Notes: generated by a model from the letters alone, not told the origin. Shown: positions 1 to 10,065, counted from the first letter of the stretch. The stretch is DNA of 64,000 nt from an uncultured beta proteobacterium (GCA_903959855.1 CAJBYR010000176.1:11472-75471); one strand, 5' to 3'. Program-made: numbers and translations.

Positions 1-622
1 CGGCGTCGATTCGCACGGCCGGCGTGTTGTCCAGAACGATGTCGGCTGCGCGTTGGCCGTCGAGCGTCGGGTAGTCGCGCACGGCGACACCTTCGCTGCC
101 GGCATTGATCCCAAATAGCCCCGCGTCACCGCTGGGCATCCGCGCCGATACCAGCAGCAGGTCGGCGCATCCGCCATGCGCGACCACGGCCTTGCGCCCG
201 GTAAGATTGCCACCCAGTTCCGTGACCGGCTCGCCGCGTGCATCGGCATGCGCCAGCACCACGATGGATTCACCGCTGGCGATCGCGGGCAGCCATTGTT
301 CCTGAAAGTCGGCGCTGGCGGTGCGGCGAATCAGCGCCGGCGCGATCACGGCGGTAGCCAGGTAGGGCTCCAGCAGCAGTCCGGCGCCGAAGGCATTCAT
401 TACCAGCCCGGTTTCCTGCGGCCCGTAGCCGAGGCCGCCGTAGTCTTCGTCGATGTTGATCGCCAGTACGCCCAGATCGGCCAATGCCTGCCAGACCTCG
501 CGACTCCACCCGGCGTTCGAAGCGCGGATGGCACGACGCTTTTCGAAGCTGTACTCCCTGGCGACGAAGCGCTGCACCGTATCGGCCAGCGCGCGCTGGT
601 CTTCGTTGTAGTCGAAGTTCAT
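1..622 (-). CDS. acyl-CoA dehydrogenase family protein, N-terminal part (gene runs off the left edge)
   Basis: Minus-strand frame open from ATG at 622-620 to base 1, checked triplet by triplet. It is absent from the ORF track because it has no stop in the window. Own translation MNFDYNEDQRALADTVQRFVAREYSFEKRRAIRASNAGWSREVWQALADLGVLAINIDEDYGGLGYGPQETGLV... resembles the ACAD N-terminal domain. GAGG lies 8-11 nt upstream. The gene starts 10 nt after the stop of the preceding ACAD gene. Confidence 0.8.
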   Translation of the reverse strand, partial: MNFDYNEDQRALADTVQRFVAREYSFEKRRAIRASNAGWSREVWQALADLGVLAINIDEDYGGLGYGPQETGLVMNAFGAGLLLEPYLATAVIAPALIRRTASADFQEQWLPAIASGESIVVLAHADARGEPVTELGGNLTGRKAVVAHGGCADLLLVSARMPSGDAGLFGINAGSEGVAVRDYPTLDGQRAADIVLDNTPAVRIDA

Positions 623-632
623 GGTGGCGACC

Positions 633-1787
<1,155 letters not shown>

Positions 1788-1854
1788 GTCAGTTTCCGTT
1801 ACTGGCAGGTGTGTCGGGCGGGGTGATGGTTCGCTGATCCAATGTTCTGCATAG

Positions 1855-1869
1855 CGGAATTATATTCCG
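1855..1869. promoter_or_regulatory. perfect 15-bp palindrome CGGAAT-TAT-ATTCCG, candidate operator in the divergent ACAD/MFS intergenic region
   Basis: Read directly: cggaat(1855-1860) tat attccg(1864-1869). It lies 68-82 nt upstream of the ACAD start codon (1787) and about 180 nt upstream of the MFS start (2051). The binding protein is unknown; the IclR gene at 4469 is one candidate. Confidence 0.35.
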
Positions 1870-2050
1870 AGAAAGTTGGCGAGATGCGGATTCTTCGCCT
1901 GCGCCTGCAAATTGTCAATCGTCCGCCATGGGTGCAGGTCTAGGGCGTTGCCTGTCGATCTCGGCGCAGCAATGCTGCCTTGACGGTGATTTCCCGGCTG
2001 TGCCACTATCCGGAACAACATACTGAAACCGAAGCCAGCCAATTCAACTC

Positions 2051-3484
2051 ATGAGTGCTGAAACCGATGCCCGTCAGCGGGAGGTCGCTGCCATGTTTGC
2101 GCGCCACGGACCGGGTTACCGCTGGTGGGCTGTGCTGACGGTCATGCTCGGCACCGTGTCCGCAATCATGGAGGCAACCGTGGTGAACGTTGCCCTGCCG
2201 GAGATCATCCGCGTGTTTGGCGTGGGGCACGATCAGGTGCAATTGTTGTCGACGGGCTTCCTTGCTGCCACCACGACATCGATGCTGCTGGCGATGTGGG
2301 CCATGCAGCGCTTTGGCCTGCGCCATACCTTCGTCGGCGCACTTGTTCTGCTGGTGATGTTCTCGGTGCTTGCCGCGTTGAGCGACCATTTCGCAATGCT
2401 CGCGCTGTGCCGGATCGGGCAGGGCAGCATCGCCGGCCTGATCCAGCCCTTGTCGATGCTGGTCATCATCGACGTGTTTCCGCCGGAAGAACGCGGACGG
2501 GCAATGGGGGCGTATGGCCTGGGTATCGTGCTTTCGCCTGCGGTCGGACCGGTGGCCGGCGGCCTGCTGGTCGACCACTTCGGCTGGCGCGCTGTGTTTC
2601 TCGTTACCGTTCCCCTCTGCCTCGCCGCCATCGCCCTGGCGCCGCGCTATGTGGTGGCCGGACGGCCGCTTCCCGGGCGCCACAAGCAGTCCTTCGACAT
2701 GGTTGGCCTGCTGCTCGTGGTTGCCGCACTTTGCCTGCTGCTCGGCGGACTCGCGGCACTGATCCGACAGCCTGTAGCCGGTGCGGCCGCTGCGCTCTCG
2801 GGGCTTGCGCTGTCGGTCGCCTTCGTGGTCTGGGAGCGCAGCACCCTGCATCCCCTGCTCGACTTCCGCATTTTTCGCGAGCCTGGCTTCGGCGCCGCGG
2901 TTCTGGTGGCGCTGGCTTATGGCGTCGGCATTTATGGATCGACTTACCTGGCGCCGGTATTCGCTCAGATCGGTCTCGGCTTTTCCGGCTACGAGGCCGG
3001 CTTGATGCTGCTGCCGGGCGGCGCCGTGCTGGCACTCGTGCTGTTGCAGGCGGGAAAGCTTGCCGACCGCTTTCCATCCAATCGGGTCGCCATGGCGGGG
3101 CTGGCCTGCTTTTCGGTATCGGCGATCCTGATGGGGCTGTCGTCAGCCGTGACCGGCTTCTGGCTGCTGGCCTTGTGGGTGGCCGTCGGGCGTATCGGCC
3201 TCGGGCTGATCATCCCCGGCCTGAACGCCGGCGCGCTGCGCCTGCTGCCCTATGGCAGTGAAGCGGCCGGCTCGGCGTCGATCAACTTTTTCCGCCAGCT
3301 AGGCGGTGCCCTCGGGGTTACCCTGATTGCCCTGTTTCTCGAAGGCCGCGAGCGTCAGCTCAACGCCGTGCATGGCTTGCAACCCATGCAGGAAGGCTTT
3401 TTTCTGATCGCCTTTGTGTATTGCCTGGCGCTGGTTCCGGCCTGGCGCATGACCGGCCGGCCTCCGGTCGCATCCACGTCTTAG
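2051..3484 (+). CDS. MFS transporter, DHA2/EmrB-like drug:H+ antiporter type
   Basis: 477-aa ORF, strongly hydrophobic throughout with about 14 helix-length segments. It has MFS-type loop motifs (LRHTFVGAL, FPPEERGRAMGAYG). Confidence 0.8.
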   Translation: MSAETDARQREVAAMFARHGPGYRWWAVLTVMLGTVSAIMEATVVNVALPEIIRVFGVGHDQVQLLSTGFLAATTTSMLLAMWAMQRFGLRHTFVGALVLLVMFSVLAALSDHFAMLALCRIGQGSIAGLIQPLSMLVIIDVFPPEERGRAMGAYGLGIVLSPAVGPVAGGLLVDHFGWRAVFLVTVPLCLAAIALAPRYVVAGRPLPGRHKQSFDMVGLLLVVAALCLLLGGLAALIRQPVAGAAAALSGLALSVAFVVWERSTLHPLLDFRIFREPGFGAAVLVALAYGVGIYGSTYLAPVFAQIGLGFSGYEAGLMLLPGGAVLALVLLQAGKLADRFPSNRVAMAGLACFSVSAILMGLSSAVTGFWLLALWVAVGRIGLGLIIPGLNAGALRLLPYGSEAAGSASINFFRQLGGALGVTLIALFLEGRERQLNAVHGLQPMQEGFFLIAFVYCLALVPAWRMTGRPPVASTS

Positions 3485-3492
3485 GAGTCGCA

Positions 3493-4467
3493 ATGAGTTT
3501 GCCCAAGGTCCTGCTCGACAATCTTTCGCTGCCGGTGATCGGCGCGCCGATGTTCATTGTGTCCCAGCCGCAGTTGGTGCTGGCGCAGTGCATGGCGGGC
3601 ATCGTCGGTTCCTTTCCGGCGCTGAATGCCCGGCCCAAGGAACTGCTCGATGAATGGCTGGCCATGCTGACGGAGGAAATCGCGGCGGCGCGTCGTGCCG
3701 AGCCGGGGCGCAAAATCGGGCCATTCGCGGTGAACCAGATCGTGCATCACTCCAATGATCGCCTGGATCACGACGTCGCGCTTTGTGTCAAACATCGAGT
3801 GCCGATGATCATCACCAGCCTGCGGGCTCCGGGCGACGTGGTAAAGGAAGTCCACGCCTATGGCGGCATCGTCTTCCACGACGTGATCAATGTGCGACAT
3901 GCGCAGAAGGCACTGGAGGCCGGCGTCGATGGCCTGATTCTGGTGGCGGCCGGCGCCGGCGGCCATGCCGGCACCCTGAGTCCCTTTGTCCTGATCTCCG
4001 AAGTGCGACGATTCTGGGACGGGCCGATCGCCCTTTCCGGCGCGATGACCAAGGGACAGCAGATTCTCGCCGCGCAAGCCATGGGCGCCGACCTGGCCTA
4101 CATGGGTACGCGCTTCATACCGACGACAGAGGCGAATGCGGCCGACGCCTACAAGCAGATGATCGTCGGCAGTGCCGCCGCCGACGTGGTGTACACGCCC
4201 TATTTCACCGGGGTGCACGGCAACTACCTGCGGCCGAGTATCGTCGCCCAGGGACTCGATCCGGATAACCTGCCGGTACGCGACAAGACCAGCATGAGCT
4301 TTGGCTCCGACCGTACCAAGGCCTGGCGTGACATCTGGGGTGTCGGCCAGGGCGTCGGCTCGATCGACGAAATTCTTCCGGTACGTGAGGTAGTGGCGCG
4401 GCTCAAGAATGAATACCGCACAGCGCGCCGGGCGCTGGGCGCGATGACCGACTACGAGGACGACTGA
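3493..4467 (+). CDS. nitronate monooxygenase / 2-nitropropane dioxygenase family FMN oxidoreductase
   Basis: The ORF track frame starts at 3421. I prefer ATG 3493 (MSLPKVLLDNLSLPVIGAPMF...) because AGGAG lies at 3483-3487. NMO-family motifs are present: IGAPM and LILVAAGAGGHAG. Confidence 0.8.
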   Translation: MSLPKVLLDNLSLPVIGAPMFIVSQPQLVLAQCMAGIVGSFPALNARPKELLDEWLAMLTEEIAAARRAEPGRKIGPFAVNQIVHHSNDRLDHDVALCVKHRVPMIITSLRAPGDVVKEVHAYGGIVFHDVINVRHAQKALEAGVDGLILVAAGAGGHAGTLSPFVLISEVRRFWDGPIALSGAMTKGQQILAAQAMGADLAYMGTRFIPTTEANAADAYKQMIVGSAAADVVYTPYFTGVHGNYLRPSIVAQGLDPDNLPVRDKTSMSFGSDRTKAWRDIWGVGQGVGSIDEILPVREVVARLKNEYRTARRALGAMTDYEDD

Positions 4468-4468
4468 A

Positions 4469-5296
4469 ATGACGAAGGAAAAAAGGGCGATGATTTCTGC
4501 TCCCGCAATCGCGAAGAATGTTCCCGCCAAGGAAGACCGGCATTTCGTGACGGCATTGGCGCGCGGCTTGTCGGTGCTCTCCTGCTTCAGTTCGGGCGAG
4601 AAGATGCTTGGTAACCTGGACATTGCCAAACGCTGCAAGCTGCCGAAGTCCACGATTTCGCGGCTGACCTACACGCTGACGAAGCTGGGTTATCTGGTCT
4701 ATGTCGAGGACACCGGAAAATACCGTCTGGGCACCTCGACCCTGGCTTTGGGCAGTGCGATGCTGGCGCGACTCGACGTGCGCGACCTGGCGCGGCCGTT
4801 GATGCAGGAACTGGCGGATTTTTCCAAGGCCATGGTGTCTCTGGGAAGTCGAGATCGCCTGTCGATGATCTACGTCGGTAACGCCCGCAGTTCCGCGGCG
4901 TTGACGCTGTCGCTCGACATCGGGTCGCGGATACCGATCGCTACCACGGCGATGGGGCGCGCCTACCTCGCGCTGATTCCCGAGCGCGAACGCGAGGACA
5001 TCATGGAGCGGGTGCGCGAACTCGACGAAGTGGCCTGGCCGACGATACGCGCCGGCATCGAACGTGCGCTGAAGGAATATCGCGAAACCGGCTGCGTCAG
5101 TTCCTTCGGCGAATGGCAGTCTGATGTCAATGCCATCGCCGTACCCTTGCGGCCGGGCGGTGGTTTGCCGCCGATGGCGATCAATTGTGGCGGCCCCGCA
5201 TTTACCTTGTCGAAGGAGTTCCTGCTCGGTGAAGTAAGACCGAAGCTGATTGCCCTGGTCAGGCAACTCGAGGCGTCCCTGGGAATGCGCGGCTGA
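4469..5296 (+). CDS. IclR family transcriptional regulator
   Basis: 275-aa ORF. It has an N-terminal winged HTH (LARGLSVLSCF...LGNLDIAKRCKLPKSTISRLTYTLTKLGYL) and a C-terminal IclR effector-domain pattern. The start is 2 nt after the NMO stop. Confidence 0.85.
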   Translation: MTKEKRAMISAPAIAKNVPAKEDRHFVTALARGLSVLSCFSSGEKMLGNLDIAKRCKLPKSTISRLTYTLTKLGYLVYVEDTGKYRLGTSTLALGSAMLARLDVRDLARPLMQELADFSKAMVSLGSRDRLSMIYVGNARSSAALTLSLDIGSRIPIATTAMGRAYLALIPEREREDIMERVRELDEVAWPTIRAGIERALKEYRETGCVSSFGEWQSDVNAIAVPLRPGGGLPPMAINCGGPAFTLSKEFLLGEVRPKLIALVRQLEASLGMRG

Positions 5297-5332
5297 CGGT
5301 CAGGTTTTCCATTCCGCATTCGGAGTACTAGA

Positions 5333-5644
5333 ATGCAGAAAAAAGAACTAGACGGAGGAGCCATGAGATACCAGATCGAGAAGCAGGGTGACGAGATCGT
5401 CATTCGTTTCGAGGACGTCGGCGGCAATGCCCAGGCGGTGATCGATGCCATCGGGCGGTGTCGGGTCAATTCGTGGGAATGTTCTTCCGGCGAGTGCGCC
5501 AAGATCGACAGCATGGCGTCTTGCGGTGAGCGTGGTTTGCTGGCGCTGCGATTGAGGCCGCGCTCGGATCTGTCGCTGGACGTGGCAACTCTGGGCGAAT
5601 GCCTCAAGTATCAGCTTCCTGAGCATCTGGGAGCCGAAAAGTGA
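5333..5644 (+). CDS. hypothetical small Cys-rich protein
   Basis: 103-aa ORF with GGAG 8-11 nt upstream of ATG 5333; an alternative start is ATG 5363 (MRYQ...). It contains C-x6-C-x4-C-x8-C (CRVNSWECSSGECAKIDSMASC). I recognise no family. Confidence 0.45.
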   Translation: MQKKELDGGAMRYQIEKQGDEIVIRFEDVGGNAQAVIDAIGRCRVNSWECSSGECAKIDSMASCGERGLLALRLRPRSDLSLDVATLGECLKYQLPEHLGAEK

Positions 5645-5681
5645 CGTCGGGCGTCTTTCCCCGGCGCTGAACCCCGATTAC

Positions 5682-8279
5682 TCAGACCTGGAGTACGGCC
5701 AGCAGGTCCTGCTCCAGTCTTACCAGGGTTGCGGTATGCCCCAGTTCCTTGCCGCTGATCAGGAACACATCCTCGACGCGTTCGCCGAGGGTGGCAATCT
5801 TCGCGGTATGCAGGGTGATTTGATGTTGCCCGAGGATGCGGGCGATGGCGTAAAGCAGGCCCGGGCGATCCGCGGCGGTGACGATCATCAGATACTGGCT
5901 GCCGCGCTCGTCGGCACGGATGTCGACTTCCGGCGTAATCGGAAAATGCTTGACCAGCCGTGACAGGCGTCCGCCCATCGCGGCGGGCAAAGGGGGCAAG
6001 GTCTCGAGTTGTTCGCGGATGCCGTGTTCGACCAACTGGATCATGTCGCGATAGGCCTGGCTGGGGTCGGCGGCAAAAACCACGAAGCTGTCCAGTGCAT
6101 ACCCATGGCGGGTGGTGTGGATCTTGGCGTCGACGATGTTGTAGCCGAGGCGAGCGAAGAATCCGCAGAGCCGGGCGAACAGCAAGGCCTGATCCTTGAC
6201 GTAGACCATAACCTGGAGGCCGTCGCCTATCGGGTTGAGGCGCGCCCGAACCACGGGTTTGGGACTGTCCGGACAATGATAGAGGGTGCGGGTATGCCAT
6301 GCGATCTCGTCGGATGCATGGCGCATGTAGTAGGGGGTGTCGAGTTGGTTCCACAGCGCGACCTCGATGTCCGGGCGCAGGCCGTGATAGCGCAGCAGGC
6401 GGCGAGCTTCCTCCTGCCGTTCGGCCACCCCGGAAAGCTGGAGTACCGCGGTCCCCTTGAGCACGCCTGCCGTCATGCGGAACAGATCCTCCAGTAGCTT
6501 TCCTTTCCAGTTGTTCCAGACCTTGGGACTGGTGCCGCGGATATCTGCGACGGTGAGCAAGTAAAGGCTGGTCAGGCGACGCATGTCGCCAAGCTTGCGC
6601 GCAAAGGCGAGAATGACTTCCGGATCGGCGAGATCCTGCTTTTGTGCCACCTGGGACATCGTCAGATGGTGTTCGACGAGGAAGACCACGAGCGCCGTGT
6701 CCTCCTCGTTGATGCCGTGATCGCGGCAAAAAATGGTGGCGTCGCGCTTGCCCAGCTGGGAATGATCGCCGCCCCTGCCTTTCGCAATGTCATGGAAAAG
6801 CGCGGCAAGGTACAGCAGCCAGCGCTTGTCGAAGCCGATCATCAGCCGGGAGCAAAACGGGTATTCGTGTGCGAACTCCGGCATGGCAAAGCGGCGCAGG
6901 TTACGCACCACCTGCAGGATATGCTGATCCACCGTATAGACATGGAACAGGTCGTGCTGCATCTGACCGACGATCTTGCCAAACGCGGGCAGATAGCGGC
7001 CGAGGATGTCGTACTGATTCATGCGCCGCAGGGAGCGGATCAGGTGCGGCTGCTGGAGCAGGCTGAGGAACAGCGCCCGATTCGCGGGGTCACGACGAAA
7101 GGCGGCATCGATGCCACTCTGAGCCCGCCACAGCGCACGCAGGGTACGCGGCGTCATCCCCTTGAGTTCCGAGCGCTGCATCTGCAGCAGGAAACATTCG
7201 AGAATGGCCCGCGGATGATCCTGGAACACTTTTTCATCGCGCACATCCAGCTGGTCGCGCACCATCTGGAAATGGGCGTCAATCACGATGGGCGGCCCTT
7301 GGCGCTCCGGGGCAAGCCGGTCGTCAAGCACCTGCAGCACCAGCGAGTTCAGCTGGGTCACCAGCTTTGCGTTCTGGTAGTAACGCTGCATCAGGACTTC
7401 GGAGGCACGCTTGGATCCGGTGGCGCGTATGCCGATGGCCGCGGCGAGCTTTTCCTGGTGGTCGAACAGCAGACGCTCCTCGCGACGCCCTACCAGCAGA
7501 TGCAATTCAATGCGCAAGTCGCGCAAGAACTTGTCGGCGTGCTCAATCTGCCGAACCTCCGCGGCACTGATCAGGCCGGCACGCGAGAGCGCATTCCAGT
7601 CGTTACCCAGGTGCGCCGCGCGCGCCACCCACTGAATGACCTGAAGGTCACGGATGCCGCCGGGGTTCTCCTTGCAGTTCGGCTCAAGGCTGTAGGGGGT
7701 ATCGTTGTACTTGGCGTAGCGCTCGGCTTGCTCGAGCTGTTTGGCCTTGAGGAATATCTTGGGACTCAGGTTGGCGCTGCAGCTCTGTTCGAATTGATCG
7801 AACAGATGCCCTGAGCCGGCAAGAAAACGTGCCTCGAGCAGTGAGGTCTGGACGGTGATGTCGCGCTCCGCTTCATCGAGGCACTGCGCAACGCTACGCA
7901 CGCTGTGGCCAATGTCGAGGCCGATGTCCCAGAGCAGGCCGATCAGCTGTTCGAGCCGGCGGGCGTTGTGCGCATTGGTTTCCCCGTGGTCTCCCTCCGG
8001 CGTCAGGATCAGAAGGTCGACGTCGGACCCCGGATGCAGCTGGCCGCGCCCGTAGCCTCCCACCGCGGCCAGCGCGCAGTTCGAAGGCAGGGCGAGTGCC
8101 TGCCAGATCTCGCACAGGACCGAGTCCACCAGCTTTGCACGACCGGCAAGCAGCAGCATGCCGTCCTTGTGCGCGCGCCACGAGGCGATCAGCGCTTGCT
8201 GACCTTCCGCCAGCATTTGCCGGGATTTCGCTGCGAGATCGCGCAATTCGCTCATTTCGGTGACCGGCCGATTTACCAA
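5682..8279 (-). CDS. glnD: bifunctional [protein-PII] uridylyltransferase / uridylyl-removing enzyme
   Basis: 865 aa. It has the nucleotidyltransferase motif GGYGRGQLHPGSDVDLLIL, an HD domain (LFHDIAKGRGGDHS) and two C-terminal ACT-like repeats. It is adjacent to map, as in many proteobacteria. Confidence 0.95.
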   Translation of the reverse strand: MVNRPVTEMSELRDLAAKSRQMLAEGQQALIASWRAHKDGMLLLAGRAKLVDSVLCEIWQALALPSNCALAAVGGYGRGQLHPGSDVDLLILTPEGDHGETNAHNARRLEQLIGLLWDIGLDIGHSVRSVAQCLDEAERDITVQTSLLEARFLAGSGHLFDQFEQSCSANLSPKIFLKAKQLEQAERYAKYNDTPYSLEPNCKENPGGIRDLQVIQWVARAAHLGNDWNALSRAGLISAAEVRQIEHADKFLRDLRIELHLLVGRREERLLFDHQEKLAAAIGIRATGSKRASEVLMQRYYQNAKLVTQLNSLVLQVLDDRLAPERQGPPIVIDAHFQMVRDQLDVRDEKVFQDHPRAILECFLLQMQRSELKGMTPRTLRALWRAQSGIDAAFRRDPANRALFLSLLQQPHLIRSLRRMNQYDILGRYLPAFGKIVGQMQHDLFHVYTVDQHILQVVRNLRRFAMPEFAHEYPFCSRLMIGFDKRWLLYLAALFHDIAKGRGGDHSQLGKRDATIFCRDHGINEEDTALVVFLVEHHLTMSQVAQKQDLADPEVILAFARKLGDMRRLTSLYLLTVADIRGTSPKVWNNWKGKLLEDLFRMTAGVLKGTAVLQLSGVAERQEEARRLLRYHGLRPDIEVALWNQLDTPYYMRHASDEIAWHTRTLYHCPDSPKPVVRARLNPIGDGLQVMVYVKDQALLFARLCGFFARLGYNIVDAKIHTTRHGYALDSFVVFAADPSQAYRDMIQLVEHGIREQLETLPPLPAAMGGRLSRLVKHFPITPEVDIRADERGSQYLMIVTAADRPGLLYAIARILGQHQITLHTAKIATLGERVEDVFLISGKELGHTATLVRLEQDLLAVLQV

Positions 8280-8289
8280 TGCAATTGGT

Positions 8290-9099
8290 TCAGGGCGTGA
8301 GGCAAATATGCGACGGACAGGGCGGGGCCCCCGACGACAGGGTCAGTACCTCGACGCCGGTGTCGGTAACCCGCACCGTGTGTTCCCACTGTGCCGAGAG
8401 GCTGCGATCCTTGGTGACGATGGTCCAACCATCCGGCAATTCGGAGATCGCTGCCTTGCCGGCATTGATCATCGGCTCGATGGTGAACACCATGCCGGGC
8501 TGAAGGAGCGGGCCGTCACTGGCTTTGCCATAGTGGAGCACCTGCGGTTCTTCATGAAAATTCCGGCCGATGCCGTGCCCGCAGAATTCCCTGACCACGG
8601 AGTATCCCGCGCCTTCGGCGTATTTCTGGATCGCGGCGCCAATTGCGCCCAGGTGTACGCCCGGTTTGACCTGGGCGATGCCCGCCCACATGCATTCGTG
8701 GGTCATGCTGACCAGGCGTTTGGCGAGGATCGATGTATCACCGACGCAGAAGGTCCGGCTGGTGTCACCGTGCCAGCCGTCCTTGATAGTCGTAATGTCG
8801 AGATTGACGATGTCGCCTTTTTTCAGGGCACGGTCATTGGGAACGCCATGGCAGACCTGATGATTGACCGAGGCGCAGATCGACTTGGGATAGGGCGCGT
8901 AGCCCGGCGGGGCGTAATTCAGCGGCGCCGGGATGCAGCCCTGGACGTCAACCATGTAGTCGTGGCACAGCCGGTCGAGTTCGGCAGTGGTGATACCCGG
9001 CTTGACGAAGGGTTCGATGTAGTCGAGCACCTCGGCCGCCAGACGGCAGGCGACACGCATTTCAGCAATGTCTTCGGCGGACTTGATTGTAATGGCCAT
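8290..9099 (-). CDS. map: type I methionine aminopeptidase
   Basis: 269 aa. MetAP-I metal-ligand blocks are present: DIVNLDITTIKDGWHGDTSRTF, CGHGIGRNFHEEP, FTIEPM and WEHTV. Confidence 0.95.
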   Translation of the reverse strand: MAITIKSAEDIAEMRVACRLAAEVLDYIEPFVKPGITTAELDRLCHDYMVDVQGCIPAPLNYAPPGYAPYPKSICASVNHQVCHGVPNDRALKKGDIVNLDITTIKDGWHGDTSRTFCVGDTSILAKRLVSMTHECMWAGIAQVKPGVHLGAIGAAIQKYAEGAGYSVVREFCGHGIGRNFHEEPQVLHYGKASDGPLLQPGMVFTIEPMINAGKAAISELPDGWTIVTKDRSLSAQWEHTVRVTDTGVEVLTLSSGAPPCPSHICLTP

Positions 9100-9174
9100 G
9101 GATGCGGCGTGCGATTGGGGACTGGCATTCTACTGCCGCTGCCGGACCCGCAGGCCGGCCGCTGGCGTGAAGCG

Positions 9175-9933
9175 TCAGTAGAACAGGCGTTCGCCCTTGG
9201 CGAAGAACTCGACCGAATAGGCCAGCTGACCATCGGGGTATTCCTTGGTCTCCACGGTTTTGGCATGCAACTGGTAGGCAATGTCGTCCGAGAGCCGGGC
9301 GCAGGTGGTTGCCATGCTCTCCAGCAGTCGGCTGCCTGGATAGGCATTGAGTACAAGATGGTAGGGTGGGCAGGTATCGCACATGCGTACCGAGCCGACG
9401 ATGGGCGAGCCGATGATGGTGAGGTCGCCAACAATCGGCGTGAGGTAACAGGGTCCGGCATCCACCCCGATCGACAGGCCAATGCCTGTCGGTTCGTTGC
9501 GCATGTTGGCGACGAAGGCCGGATAGTAGTAACTGCGGAAGTTGTTCATCACCGAGCAGCAGAAATCGAGCACCGTCTCCATGCGTTCGGCGAAGGACTG
9601 TTCGACCAGCCAGTAGCAGATGAAGCCATCGCCGGTGAATTTGTCGAACCAGCCGCCGTGATAGTGCAGCACGGTGCGGAATTCGGCGACGAAATCGTCG
9701 AGTATCTTGGCGTACTGCGGGATGTCGATGGACTCCTTGAGCACGCAGGATGAACGCCGGATATCCACCGTGAGGACGATGGCTTCAATTGGCGTCAGCT
9801 CACTGATGGCGTCCCGTATTGCCGGCGAAACATTGGTTCGCGTCGGGTCGAAGCGATCGAGTGGTGCATGGCTGCGGAACTGATGGTCGACGTCGCCGTC
9901 GTTGGCAAGGCGACTTTTGGCTAGCAGGCTCAC
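9175..9933 (-). CDS. stand-alone class III nucleotidyl cyclase (CHD)-like protein, function unknown
   Basis: The ORF track gives 9175..10044 (GTG). I prefer GTG 9933 because GGGAAG lies about 9 nt upstream and the 37 extra codons use rare AGA/AGG/ATA/AGT. CHD-like blocks occur in canonical order: IVLTVDIRRSS, GGWFDKFTGDGFICYW, and IGLSIGVDAGPCYL..IIGSPIVGSVRM. No other domain is visible. The family call rests on motifs read by eye, not on an HMM search. Confidence 0.6.
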   Translation of the reverse strand: MSLLAKSRLANDGDVDHQFRSHAPLDRFDPTRTNVSPAIRDAISELTPIEAIVLTVDIRRSSCVLKESIDIPQYAKILDDFVAEFRTVLHYHGGWFDKFTGDGFICYWLVEQSFAERMETVLDFCCSVMNNFRSYYYPAFVANMRNEPTGIGLSIGVDAGPCYLTPIVGDLTIIGSPIVGSVRMCDTCPPYHLVLNAYPGSRLLESMATTCARLSDDIAYQLHAKTVETKEYPDGQLAYSVEFFAKGERLFY

Positions 9934-10065
9934 GGTGAAGGCTTCCCGGGTTGGTCGCAGCAAAGGGGGACATGCGGACGGAATGGGGAAGATACTACTT
10001 ATCGCATAGGTTTGCAGGAACTCGGTACACCTTCTCGCAACCACCTGATTCGACGATCAAAGGCC

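Noticed and set aside
8260-9753. 497-aa + strand ORF spanning the region opposite map and the cyclase-like gene
   Set aside because: Its composition is the G/A/R/V/D/H-rich pattern typical of antisense frames in high-GC genes. It overlaps map, which is unmistakable on the other strand. I see no recognisable motifs and no RBS.
9175-9933. Calling the cyclase-like gene a canonical Pycsar (or CBASS-like) defence operon
   Set aside because: No effector gene (TM, TIR, or cNMP-binding) is adjacent. The neighbours are map and rpsB. Only the single cyclase-like gene can be supported, so it is reported as an orphan with a hypothesis, not as a defence system.
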